Below are positions 30,051 through 45,925 of a DNA stretch of 64,000 nucleotides, piece after piece; within the stretch, counting starts at the first letter, position 1, and each line of letters begins with the position of its first letter. Source of the DNA: the human T2T-CHM13v2.0 reference genome, Homo sapiens. The stretch is from assembly GCF_009914755.1 (NCBI RefSeq), contig NC_060926.1; one strand, 5' to 3'. The position numbers and the translations under genes are program-made. The notes beneath the pieces are model-generated. The model saw nothing but the letters and a program-made list of their open reading frames with translations, had not been told where the DNA came from and did no database searches.

Positions 30051-30629
30051 AATGGTGCAACAAGTTTATCCTGAAGGATTCTCTCGGAGGAATCAATGCT
30101 TAAAGCTGGATGTATTTTAGAGGTATAAAAATTTCTCATTGCCAAGGATACATCTATTTTATTTATTCTGGTTACATCTATTTTACATTTTTTGAGGCTA
30201 AAATTAGTTCAGTCATGTTTTATGTTATTGAAACTTGAGTTCCAAATCATTAGTTGATGCATGTTTCTGAGTAGGTCCCTTGTTTGCTTATTTAAATACT
30301 CACTACTGACTCTAGGGGCTTCAATTTTAGTAAAACTTTGTTTTATGCTATCTTGTAAATATTAAGAAACTTATTTTATAAATATTAAACTTAGTTTACT
30401 AATAGCTTGGTTAAATTATTAAAGATATAGTTTTACTATTAACTGGCATATAGGCCAACTATACCCCAAGTATTGGCCAGGAAATACAATCTCAAATTAT
30501 CTGTACACAACATTTTAGCTCAGTTTAGACAAACCAAATATTCAAATGGTTGGCTGAAGTATATGCAGTCCACTTGTTCCTCTAAATACTCAAAAATCAG
30601 CATTAAGTGTGATTCTTATACCTGTTGTC

Positions 30630-30770
30630 TAATAACCCAGGGTGATTACCTAAAACAAAAATTCTAGGAATCTACTTCCAAACTGCTGAGTCAAAATCTC
30701 TAGGGGGATGAGAAGCGGTAGAGATGGGAGAGATTCATGAATCTACATTTAAGTGAACAATCCAGAGGCT
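30630..30770. mobile_element. MER5-like (hAT-Charlie) fragment
   Basis: aattctaggaatctacttccaaactgctgagtcaaaatctctagggg...gaatctacattt. Confidence 0.45.
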
Positions 30771-31383
30771 TTGCTACATTGGATCATATCAAAGAATGAT
30801 CATATTTGTCCCCTAGAGAATACATCCATTGAATTATTCTCTCATCGGTCTATTTTCCTACGTTGATGAACATTAAGGGAAATTGATCTATGAAACTCAA
30901 TGTTGTATATATTTAAGAATGTTGATAAGCATGTATTTTATCACATTGTGCCATCTCTTTTCCCTAAGGATCCATAGGAAAAATTTCTCACTGATCTTAG
31001 TAGATACAATTCCCAAATAAATTATCTGATTCTATATTACAGTCATCATGCGTCTTATCACCAATCACTTTTCCCTCTCTGATTGATCACTAGAAATGTC
31101 AAAGTCAAATCTATGGCTCCCCTCTGGCGAGTACATAGAACCTCATAGCTTAAACTTGATGTATTCATATGAATCCTGCCTTTGTCTTACTTAGTTGGCT
31201 TTTTCTTTAGCCTCATTTTCTCTAAAATAATTTTAATTTACTTAGTCTTTCTAGATTTTATCCTTCATCACAAGCTTACTTAAAGCCTTGCTGAAACAAA
31301 GTGAGGTATAAATGATTTAAAGAGCATTTGAATAGATAAACATTTTAAATAAATGAATGAATGAATGAAAAAAATGTATGTAA

Positions 31384-31938
31384 TGTGGTGGTGAATATTA
31401 AGTGTCAACTTGATTTGATTGAAGCATGCAAACTATTGTTCCTGGGTGTGTCTGTGAGGCTGTCGCCAAAGGAGATTAACATTTGAGTCAGTGGAATGGG
31501 AGAGGCAGACCCACCCTCAATCTGAGTGGGCACAATTTAATCAGCTGCCAGCATGGCTAGAATAATGCAGGCAGAAGAAAGTGGAAGGACTAGACTTGGT
31601 GAGTCTTCCGGCCTTCATCTTTCTCCCTAGCTGGATGGTTCCTGACCTCGAACATCAGACTCCAAGCTCTTCAGTTTTGGACTTTTGGATTTACACCAGT
31701 GGTTTGCCAGGGGCTCTTGGGCGTTTGGCCACAGACTGAAGGCTGCACTGTTGGCTTCCGTACTTTTGAGGTTTTGGGACTCAGACTGATCCACCACTGG
31801 CTTTCTTGCTCCTCAAGTTGCAGATGGCCTATCTTGAAACTTTACCTTGTGATTGTGTGAGTCAATTCTCCTGAATAAAGTCCCTCTCATATATACATGT
31901 ATTCTATTAGTTCTGGCCCTCTAGAGAACCTTAATACA
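31384..31938 (+). mobile_element. MLT2A (A2/A1; HERV-L) solo LTR, full length
   Basis: tgtggtggtgaatattaagtgtcaacttgatt...ccaaaggagattaacatttgagtcagtgga...ggccacagactgaaggctgcactg...aataaa...ctctagagaaccttaataca. Confidence 0.93.
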
Positions 31939-32279
31939 TATAGAATAATTTTTAAATTTTACCCTTTTTAGCTTTATTCTTTCTCTCTTCTTTTTTTTAC
32001 TCAGTCTCCAAGCCCAACGTCTAAGTAACTTACTTATCTTGAGCCATTCTTGAAAAATGTTAACTTTGAAGCACATTCATCATTGAGTTTCTCCTGCTAT
32101 ATCATTTTTCTTCAAATTGTGCACCTCTTTTCATTATAAAAATGATTTTACCAAATTATAGAGGAAAAATTTTTCAGTCACTCTAGATCCTATCAGTTGC
32201 ACACACCTATTATTTTTAATTTGGTATATTCCCTTCCAGTTGTATTTTGTCAATCTATAGCATTTTTCAATCTTATTTG

Positions 32280-34740
32280 GCAAAAAATTTCTGAGTGCTG
32301 ACTATGTGCTAGTCATCATGTTACATACTGGATAAAAAGACAAAGTGATAGCTTCAGGCAGTTCTCAGTCTAGGAAATTATATCAACACATAAATAAATA
32401 ATGCAATATAATGTGATAAGGCCTTACTAAGTAGGTGACCCTTCAGCTAGGACTTAAAGGTTGCAGAAGAATTGTGTTGGTAAATGTTGGGAGGAAGGCA
32501 TTTCACAAAGCCACGGTGTGATGGCTCGAGTGAGGCAGTCATGGGAGAAGAGCAGAAAAGTAGGCAGGGACAGGATTGTGGAGAATATTACATACCATGA
32601 AAAGGAATCTGGACATTCATCCTAGATACAACGCAAAACTGGAAAGAGTTCTAAATGGGAGAGCAACGTGATCAGATTTGCATTTCAAAAATTATTTCTG
32701 TAGCATTAGGAAGGAAATTATGAAGACAGGCAGACACTTAAGGCAGATAAGCCATTTAGGATGTAATGGCAATGGTGTAGGCAAGAGACAGAGGCCTGAA
32801 CCGGGCCATGATAGTAAAGGTAAAGAGCAGGGGGACAAAACTGAGGAATGCTTAGAGAAAATCAACTTGACTCCGTGAGTGCACAATAGGAGGGGGCCGC
32901 ATGGGAGGGTAGAAGAGAGGAGAACTAAATCTGGAGTGACTTCAAAGTTTCTGGTTTAGGATGCTGAAATGACAAGGCTGCCATTAACTGAGATAGAAAA
33001 CACATGTTTAAAGGGGTGGGAAGAGGATGGGGAGGAAAGGTAGAGACTAGAGAGGATGTAAGAATTCTGCTTGGCACATCATCATGTTTGACAATTTGGT
33101 GGGGCTCAGATGGACAGCCTGTATTCCCCTTGTACACAAACAGTTGGGAGAAATGTAGAGAAAGAGATTTCAGAGCATTTCCTAGACACCTGGTAATAAA
33201 AACCATGTGAGTAGACCATTTTAGGATTGATTTAGTATGTATTGGGGTGTGAGGGAGGCAGAAAAACCTGATGGAAATAAAAGTGAATGTGGGACAACGA
33301 GGCAGAGAACTAGGACAGACTGAAACCAAGGTTTGGCTGTAGCTAGAGAGCTGCATGGAGCCAAGGAAAAAAAAACTTTTTAAATTCAAAATGAGAGAGA
33401 TTTGAGTTTGTTTTTAGTCCACAAAATAGGCACTGATAGAGCAGGCAATGATGGGAGAAAAGAGAGAGGAACTGATGAATCCAGTAAGAACACAAGGGAA
33501 ATAAAAGGGTAGGATCAAAAGACAAATGAAGAAATTGACCTAGACCCCCAACCTGGGGATAGGGGATATGCTTCTCCTAAGATGAGAGGGAAGACAGAGA
33601 AGATACGCAATGATAGAATAACATTATAGGTGTGGGGTAGAGATTTAAGAGTCTTCATGTTCATTTGCTTCTTGATGTTCAGGAAACGATGTCATCTGAT
33701 GGTCTTGGCCAGGGCAGGGTAGGCAAGGCTCTGAGAAGAGTCAGGGAGTGTAAGTGGAGCTGCCAAAAGGAGCTAAAGAAAGCATTCCTCAATGGCAAGG
33801 GAAGGACTTCTCAGCACCATCCAGGGTCCACTACGAATTTACAATACCAGTGAATAGTACTGATTTATTATTTCCTTCTAGTGGCATTTGGCCAGTTGAG
33901 TAAAGAAATCAAGAATTGGTATTTAAGGATTGACTGAGACTTAGTGGCTATTTTTAATTTTTGGTAGAAAAGGGAGTAATACAAAACAACCCTTAATGAC
34001 AAAGGCTGATTTGCAGAATGACCCAAAAGTTAGGCAGTGCTAAATGTGAGGTCTCCCTCTTTACATCAAGGAGGAATAGAGTGAAATGCACTTCCTCTGC
34101 AAGCAGGCAAATTCCAAAGAAGATCCAGAAGGACCATCTAAGCATACTTAGATCTTCTTCTAAAATTTAACAATCAGATAGGTCATTCCTCCTCTCCTGA
34201 AAGGGGCAAGTGCAGAAACAGGAGCCAGGGATTTTCTTCTACTGGAGGTCTGGCCATAGTGGGGAGGATTTGGGAGAGTGTCTCTGCTGCCTTAAGAGAA
34301 GCAGGAAAAGAACAGAGGTAACAGAAATTTGTTTGCTAGTAAGAGAGTGATTGCCCAGGCTACGAAAGTAAGGGAGTGTGGTCCAAAGAGTCTGACGGAT
34401 GTAAAGAAAAGAATTGGTAAGGGTGATGACAGCTAAGAACAGATTTAATGGCCATGAAGTAGATTTGGTGAAAAAAAGAGAGCTTGACAGACAGATTGTT
34501 ATCAGAGAGTAAAGGAGCTTAAAACTTCAGAAAGTAAGAGTTCCAGTGTGGTCACTGAAATAGGAGGATTAAGTGAATTAGGCAGCACATCATACTGTAG
34601 TTCAAGGCATCTGAGAGGCCAGGCTGCCTGTGTGGACACTCAGGTAACTACTGAGGTTTGCAAGATGAAGTGCGGGAAGAAAGATCATGAGTCAAATGCC
34701 ACAGTTCCCAAATAATGTGAAGCAATAAGCTTTTTAAATG
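32280..34740 (-). mobile_element. Long degenerate L2 array
   Basis: ctgagtgctgactatgtgctagtca...gtgatcagatttgcattt...gtttctggtttagg...gctgccattaactgagataga: purine-rich antisense L2 ORF2/3' region. Confidence 0.65.
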
Positions 34741-35011
34741 TGTTCCTTAGAGTAAGGTGCTGATGAGATACCTCAGACACCACAAATGAGCAAAGGGGAA
34801 GAGTGAGCAGGCCAGGCTCCAGATACACTCCACCTTTTCAATCAAAACAGCTTTGCTTGTAGCTGTTATAATTGGTGTCCCATTTCTGATTTGGATTTTT
34901 TAATACTTTAAAAGAGTATACTAGGCACATGCAAAAGTCTAAAAATAGAAATGGTATTTTGGTATAGCTAGTAGCTAGGGGACTTTCTTTGGACCAAAAG
35001 CTCTAGACATC

Positions 35012-35400
35012 TGATATAGTTTGGATGTTTATCCCCTCTAAGTCTCATGATAAAATGTGATTCTCAGTGTTGGAGATGGGGCCTAGTTGGGGGTGATTGG
35101 ATCATGGCAGAAGATCTCTCCTAAATGATTTAGCAACATCCCCTTGTTGATAAGTGAGTTCTTGCCCATTTAGTTCACATGAGATACCCCTTCTTTCTTG
35201 CTCCCACTCTCACTGTATGACATGCTGGCTCCCCTTCACCTTCTTACATGACTGTAAGCTTCCTGAGGCCTCACCAGGAGCTGAGCGGATGGTGCCATGC
35301 CTGTACAGCCTGTAGAACCATGAGCCAAATTAAACCTCTTTTTTTATAATTGTCTAGTCTCAGGTATTTCTTTATAGCAACACAAAAATAGACTAATACA
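35012..35400 (+). mobile_element. MSTB-like MaLR solo LTR
   Basis: tgatatagtttggatgttt...tgtaagcttcctgaggcctcacca...gaaccatgagccaaattaaacctctt...gactaataca. Confidence 0.92.
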
Positions 35401-35924
35401 CCTCTCAAATAAATTGTAGATTCCTTGAAGGTCAGAACCTTGTCTTAAAACTCTAAATCTTGTGCCTCCTATCAAGATGCTCTACACAAAATAGGTAACC
35501 AGAAAAATATGACAAATTTGACCCCTGGACCATTTGTTATTCATTTATTATCCCAAATGTTTCTACTAACAGACAGAAGTGGGGAAAAGTCTCATACTAA
35601 GAAGCAACATTTCTTCTAAGGTGTGAGTACAGCCTGGAGCCCTCAAAAACAGAGCAAGTCTCATTTATCATCCATGTGTCTGGCACCTGAGCATGGCAGA
35701 AAGGAAGTGTGAGCTGGGAATAGCAGTTGGCAGGTCAGAGCTCAGCGCCTTCAATACAGGCTTAGGTATTAGATCCCTTGAATGTGGACAGAGAGAAATT
35801 ACATCAGAGTGGCTAAGGAATTTCTCATAGTCTCTTGGGATGGGTTCCAAAGAATTCGCATTTTTAAAACACTCCAGGTGATTCTATGTGGCCCATTTAA
35901 AAAGCACTGTTGTCTCAGGTGTAT

Positions 35925-37050
35925 GTGAAGACAAGCCACAGACTAGGAGAAGACATTTGTGAAAGACATATTTGATAGAAGAAGGAAATATTCAGAATAT
36001 ACCAAAATTACCCAAATGAAATGAAGATATACAGATTATACAGAAGCCTAAGAAAAGATGCTCAACATCATATATAATTAAGAAATTACAAATTAAAACA
36101 ACAATGAAATGCCACTGCATACCTAGTAGGATGGCCAAAAGCCAAATCACTGACAATACTACATGCTGGTGAGGACATGGAGCAACAGGAACTCTTGTTC
36201 ATGGCTGGTGAGAATACAAAATGGTACAGCCACTTTGGAAGATAGTTTGGCAGTTTTTTATAAAACACACTCTTACCATCATAAATGCAGCAGTTATTCT
36301 CTTTGGTATTTACCCAAAAGAATCAAACACTTATGTCCACACAGAAATCTGCACATGGATGTGTACAGCAGCTTTATTCATAACTGACAAAACTTGGCAA
36401 CAAGCAAGAAGTCTTTCAGTAGATGAATGGATAAACTGTGGTACATCAAGATAATGGAATATGATTTAGTGCTAAAAAAATTGTTGAGCGCTGGAATATT
36501 ACTCAGCAATGGAATATTATTCAGTGCTTGAGCTATCAAGTCATGACAAGATATGGAGGAACTTTAAATGCATACTACTAAGTGAAAAATGCCAATCTGA
36601 GAAAGCTACTATGTGATTTCAACTATATGCTACTCTGGAAAAGGCAAAACTTTGTAGACAGTAAGAAGATCAGGGATTGCCAGGGTATGGAGGGAAAGAG
36701 ACTGAATAGATAGAGCACTACTTAAATTAACTGAAGTTTAAATAGAGGCTTTTTAGGGCATTGAAACTATTCTATACGATATTATAATAGTGGATATATG
36801 TCAAAACCCACAAAATGTACAGCACCAAGAGTGAACCCTAATGTAAACTGTCAACTTTGGGTGAAAATGATCTGTCAATGTAGGTTTATCAATTGTAACA
36901 AAGATACCACTCTGAGGCAGGATATTGATAGTGGGGAGGCTGTGTGTGTTGTGTGGATGCAGCTGGGGATACATGAAAACTCTGTGCTTTCTGTTCTACT
37001 TTTCTGTAAACCTAAAACTTCTTTTAAAAATAAATTCTTTTTTAAAAAAA
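35925..37050 (+). mobile_element. L1MC (MC1/2-like) ORF2 end plus 3'UTR
   Basis: aaagatgctcaacatcat...gctggtgaggacatggagcaacaggaactc...ccaagagtgaaccctaatgtaaact...tgtaaacctaaaact...aataaa. Confidence 0.9.
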
Positions 37051-37059
37051 GAAGCTTTG

Positions 37060-37380
37060 TTCTCCACCTCATTACTCAAAGTGTGCAATGGCATTGTAAA
37101 CATAATCTGGAGCTTATTGGTACAGATTCATCAGCCCCACCTATTGAACCAGATTCTCTGGAATATGTGTTTGAACAAGCGTTACACCCTCCAGGTGATT
37201 CTAAGCTAAAAAAAATTGAGAAGTGCTATCCTAGAACAGTACTTTACAAACCCTAATATGCAAGAATGACTGTTACCTTGTTAAAATGAAGATTCTTCTG
37301 ATTAGTACATCTTGGATGAGGCCAGGTGATGCCCAGAGGCTGCTGGTCCAAAGATTATCCTCTGAGTAGCAAGGCTACAG
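37060..37380. mobile_element. Adjacent MER5A/MER5B-like fragments
   Basis: tactcaaagtgtg...ctggagcttattgg...aacaagc...ccaggtgattctaag...ttgagaagtgcta, then aggtgatgcccagaggctgctggtcc...tctgagtagcaag. Confidence 0.6.
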
Positions 37381-38114
37381 CAAAGCAATGGAGTAAAGCC
37401 TTCTCTTCCTGCTCCATTCCCCTTTTGCCTTCCCTCTACCCTCAAGCACAGACACCCTACAATATGCCTCAAAAGTGGAGTACCATGTACCATGGGAGGA
37501 GGAAATGAAGCTGTCCACCCTGGATGCCGGCAATAAGAGGGTCCGCTGTCTAAAATAAATTTTAAAACAATCAGAAAACTGATTAAAATGGATTTCTACT
37601 TTTTATCACCACGTGTCATCAATTCTAAACAACATCGGGGTAAAATATTCCTTCCCACCAGGAGTTTATGTCTCACCTACACTACTCAATCCTGCTCCTT
37701 GTTATATGTGCTTTCTAAATGGGGATACAGATCTGGAGAAATGGAGCCACACAAACTCAGAAAGCTTGACATCTCCTAATCTCAGTGAAGCCAGGTTTCT
37801 CCTTCTACCAGAATAGGTCTCTTAAACATTTACTTTGTCCACTTTCTCAATAACTTGCAAAAAATGTGTATTAAGAAAATTGTTAATGCTGTGCGTTTGT
37901 CTTATATGAATAAAAAAATCTCAGTTCTAACTAGAGATAATTCTCAACCTACCTCCAAAACCAGCAATTATTTAAACTGTAGGGGACTAGAGGAGAAGCA
38001 CGAAGACGCAAAAGCAGAGAACAAAATGAAACTTCCCAGAAAGGCTTTCATTGAAGCATATCTGTACCACCCTTAAAGGGTCAAATGATAAACATCCCTT
38101 CCAAAAAAAGACTG

Positions 38115-38275
38115 TCCAGCATTTCTCAAAGTGTGACTCTTTACACCTGCATCACATGCGGATTCCTGAGTCCCATCCTCCTGAATCTGAATAAGTAAGC
38201 ATGAGCCCACAGAAATCTAAATTACTAACAAGCATCTCAGAAAAGTCACATGCCCAAAATATTTGTAAAACACCG
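38115..38275. mobile_element. MER5-like fragment
   Basis: cagcatttctcaaagtgtg...cacctgcatca...gattcctgagtcccatcc...gaatctgaat...taacaagcatctcag. Confidence 0.55.
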
Positions 38276-38527
38276 ATTTTGATTAAAGCTGAGCTCCTGG
38301 AAATCCCATGTTACAACATAATATCTCTCTTTTCAACCACCTGGAATAACAAAGTTTGAGTCTTGGATGATGGAATAAAAAAGAAGTCCCAGCTGTCCTG
38401 CCAGGAACTCAACATACCAGTGTCCTTCCCAGGAAGTCCCAGCTGACGGAGAAGGGTTCAGATCATTCTGGGAGAAGCTTTTACTGAATTGCACCCAGGT
38501 GAGATACAATCAACTGTGGTGAGAAAC

Positions 38528-38586
38528 CACACACACACACAGTAAGAAATCACACACACACACACACACACACATACACACACACA
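38528..38586. repeat. Interrupted (CA)n microsatellite
   Basis: cacacacacacaca gtaagaaat cacacacacacacacacacacacatacacacacaca. Confidence 0.95.
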
Positions 38587-40363
38587 TCCTAAGAATCTGT
38601 TCTCCATCTCCTATAATGAAGTCTTTAAAAATGTTTGAAGATATTCTCCCCTAGTAGAGCTCTCAGAAGACATTTCTTTCTTGTATTGTAAATAGTGGTC
38701 CATCTTCTGAACAATTGGGTGGTTTTATCTTTGGAGTAATTGAATTGCTTAACCGGATTTCCTTCTATACATTGATCAGTAAAACGTTTAAGGTCCAATC
38801 TGTGGCTTATCCTCATCAAAAGCCTAGGATTTAAGGGTGTGCTTCTTTTGTGAGCTAGTTTCAGTCCTGACTCATTTTATGATCCTGCTCTTTTCTTTTT
38901 CTTGACTTTTTCACCTACTTCCAATTTGTGCTTTCTGTCATTTATGTGTTCTTGAAAACCACTTCATAATACTTTCTGGAACAAAGCATATTCTAGTGGA
39001 TAGATGGATAGAAAGATCAATCTTTAAGAACTTCATTTTCCTTGCCTATAAAATGAAAGATTCAGACTAGGTGATCACTAATGTATCTTCTAGGTCTAAA
39101 GCCTAAAATTCCATCATAAGTTCTGGTTCAGCAATGAAATCTCCTCTTAAACATATCATATTTCTGATGTGTTATTGGAACATTTTTCTAACCAAGATCT
39201 TAGCCATAAAAGTGAAGAAATATATATTTCAAAAAGCATTTTATATACATATAATGTAATTGCTTTTCATTCCATCTCATTTTAGGATGGTGTTCTATGA
39301 CTTTACGAAATCAATAGAAAAACAAAAAAAATTACAGTGTCAGTAAAAGAAAAAAATCACCTGCATTTTCATCAACTTTATCTATCCTTCAGTCTTCCAT
39401 CCAGTTTTGTTTTGTTTAGTTTTTTAATGTTGTTTCTCTATCTTTTCCTCTTGCCAATAGATAGGGACATGAGATTTTGATTTGGAGGCAATGGTTACAA
39501 ATCTTTCATTTTCAAAATTTAATAATATCAAACATTGTAAATGTATTTAATTCCACTGAATTGTACACTTAAAATGGTAAAAATAAATAATTGTGTTTTG
39601 TATATTTCACAATTTTTAAAAGGAAAAAACTTAATGACACCCATCACAAAAATGTACTACCTTTAAACTTGACCCTGGACATTAGTACTTTCATACTAAC
39701 TATTCGTATTTATCCTTGAGTATATTCAGAAAACTGTAAAATGGTAGAGTTGATTTATAGATTCCAATGTCCTTTCAATACTATTACTATTTAAAGAAAC
39801 ATAAACAGTAGTTCACTGAACACAGCTATCACAGAATTACCAGGGAGCTATTGTTGTCTCCTGAAGAATTTAAAGTTTCCTTTCTTTATAACCCTTAACT
39901 ACTTTGGAAAAGTTTTAGAATGTTTGTTTCCTAGGGTATACTTTCACCCAAAAATATTTCTGTGATACTTCCAATAGAGCATCATTCCTGCATCAATATC
40001 ATAGTAGGTGTTTTTCAGCCCTTCTGTCCAAACATAAGATCCAATCACTTTCCCTAATAACAGGTCTCCTTTGTTTTCCCTTTAAAAAAACAAAATTGTA
40101 TGTATGTGGAGATACAGATGTAGGTAGAGATAGAGATAGCATAGACATAGACACAGAGATAACTGTTACTGCCAAACTGAAACGCTGATTTGGTAGGGAC
40201 AAGAAACATTGAAAAGAAAACTTGAAGAGGGGAGAGGAAGTAGGAGAGAATTTAACCTCAATTTTATCAAGACCTGTGTTTTTGTCAAGTGTTTGAAATA
40301 GATTGTCTTGTTGAATTCTCACCCTCCAACCCCCAAGAAAACCCTCAGGTTTGAGACAAATCA

Positions 40364-43687
<3,324 letters not shown>

Positions 43688-44561
43688 AAAGACTTACTCC
43701 TCTCTCCCTCACACCTTCTTCCTACTTACTGGAACTTTAATATCATCTTCCTGGCTCTAAATTTTTGGTTCCATGACTTTACTTCAGGCCAGATATTTGA
43801 CCTCTCCTGATATAGCATTTGGACCTACTCTGTAACACAGTTAGAGAGAAATCAGCACAACTCAGACTCATTACCTGCTTTCTGATGACACCCAAATGGT
43901 GAACACAGTCTTGAGTCCACCTGCCATGCTGGTGTCTGAAGCAGGCTTCTTTCTTCATGTGTGAATGCTAACAGAAAGTATCACCCTGGCCCACAAAACA
44001 GCCACCCTAATGGCAAAGAAGAACCAGCCTTTCTCTGTACCTGAAAAAAAAAAAAAAAACCTCGCCTACTGGAATATTTTGGGAAACAATAGAACGAGGA
44101 GTAGCAGTCACTGGTCTCCCAGTCCGTATCACAGTAAATTCAAGGATAATGAGAAGCTTTGCAGACTTCACTGTGATCCATCCCCAAATGGCCCTGTGCA
44201 AGTGTACAGAGTAGATGGAGGTTCTTTCTAGGGGACCAGCTACACGAGAAACTCTTTATGCACATTACCCATTTCTCCCCTTGGCCTTCTACCTCTCATG
44301 GCTGGAACCCCATGCACCACTGTTAATCAATGGCCCCCACCCCTCACTTTATCCTGGGGCCTGCTCATTAGCCCAGTTTTGAAATATAAAGAATGTGAGC
44401 ACTTTTAAGAACTTTCAACCCATACTTTGAATAAATTTAACTTTCTGTCAAAAGTTACTTTATCAACTATCACAGTTAGTGATATCATTTCATATAACTC
44501 ACGGTTATCAACAAATCCTTATATTAAAGCAAACACCCAAAACAGAGAAAATATAAAGAAA

Positions 44562-45165
44562 CAACCATTGTGGGAGTCAGTGTGGCAATTCCCCAGGGAT
44601 CTAGAACTAGAAATACCATTTGACCCAGCCATCCCATTACTGGGCATATACCCAAAGGATTATAAATCATGCTGCTATAAAGACACATGCACACATATGT
44701 TTATAGTGGCACTATTCACAATAGCAAAGACTTGGAACCAACCTAAATGTCCAACAACAATAGACTGGATTAAGAAAATGTGGCACATATACACCACGGA
44801 ATACTATGCAGCCATAAAAAATGATGAGTTCATGTCCTTTGTAGTGACATGGATGAAACTGGAAACCATCATTCTCAGCAAACTATCGCGAGGACAAAAA
44901 ACCAAACAATGCATGTTCTTACTCTTAGGTGGGAATTGAACAATGAGAACACATGGACACAGGAAGGGGAACATCACACACCAGGGACTGTTGCGGGGTG
45001 GGGGGAGGGGGTAGGGATAGCATCAGGAGATATACCTAATGCTAAATGGCGAGTTAATGGGTGCAGCACACCAGCATGGCACATGTATACATATGTAACA
45101 AATCTGCATGTTGTGCACATGTACCCTAAAACTTAAAGTATAATAATAATAAATTTAAAAAAAGA
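44562..45165 (+). mobile_element. Young 5'-truncated L1PA (about L1PA3/4), 3' 600 bp
   Basis: ORF2 C-terminus (RDLELEIPFDPAIPLLGIYPKDYKSCCYKDTCT...GGN*), G-rich 3'UTR, accctaaaacttaaagtataataataataaa and an A tail. Confidence 0.97.
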
Positions 45166-45925
45166 AATAATAGATGGATTTTAAATATATTGAACAGAAC
45201 AACCTCTTTTACAGTTCTTTTGCAGTCTTTCATTGAAATAATCTTTAATTGATACAGTTTAATTCACTAGTATAATGGCAATTAAAAGTTGTTACAAATA
45301 GGAAAGATGGAGCAAGTCACATTGTTACAAATATTTGTTGTTGTCCCTTCTAAAGATTTGTGAAATACAAGGCTGAATACAGTAATTCAGTGCCTTTTAA
45401 ACTATCACCTGTATATAATGTTCCTTTTAAAATTACAACCTCTCTTAAGTTTAATGAGTCATATATCCATTACTGTAAAACTCATGACTCCAATTCCAGG
45501 TTAAAGAGTACCACGTAGTCGATTTACATTTACTTATATCCCATTAAATTGCTTTTGCTGTGTTCTGTCAGATTTTTTAAAGTGTGTCTTTTTCTTAATA
45601 TATAATTTTATATAGTTAGAAAGAAGAGCCAATTTTTATACTAAGAGTTTAAGTTCTATTTTAGAATATGCAGAATTTGCCTTACTCATCTTTATAAGGT
45701 TGATGCCTAGTATTGTGCCTGGGACATGGATGGCATCTAATAAATGCTGGTTTGAATTTTTAAAAAATGGCTTTTAACACAATCAATTCCTTCCTATTGC
45801 TACATTAAAGCTTTATTTTTATCATGATGCTCTTTTCTAGTCCTGTTTATACAGGACTTGAAATTTCTAAATTTCAAGTCCTGTAAAAATTTTACTATAA
45901 GTATACATTTTACTAAATGTATTTC

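Noticed and set aside
32925-33389. 154-aa ORF (also 36798-37256 and 54531-54989)
   Set aside because: The first two lie in L2 and L1MC/MER5 relics. None has a recognisable domain or convincing splice context, and the lengths are compatible with chance.
36450-36530. Three copies of tggaatat..t.ag
   Set aside because: Local slippage duplication inside L1MC, with no regular spacers, so not an array.
44427-45136. 170-aa and 95-aa ORFs
   Set aside because: They are the L1 ORF2 C-terminus and 3'UTR joined to a chance upstream frame with a non-ATG start.
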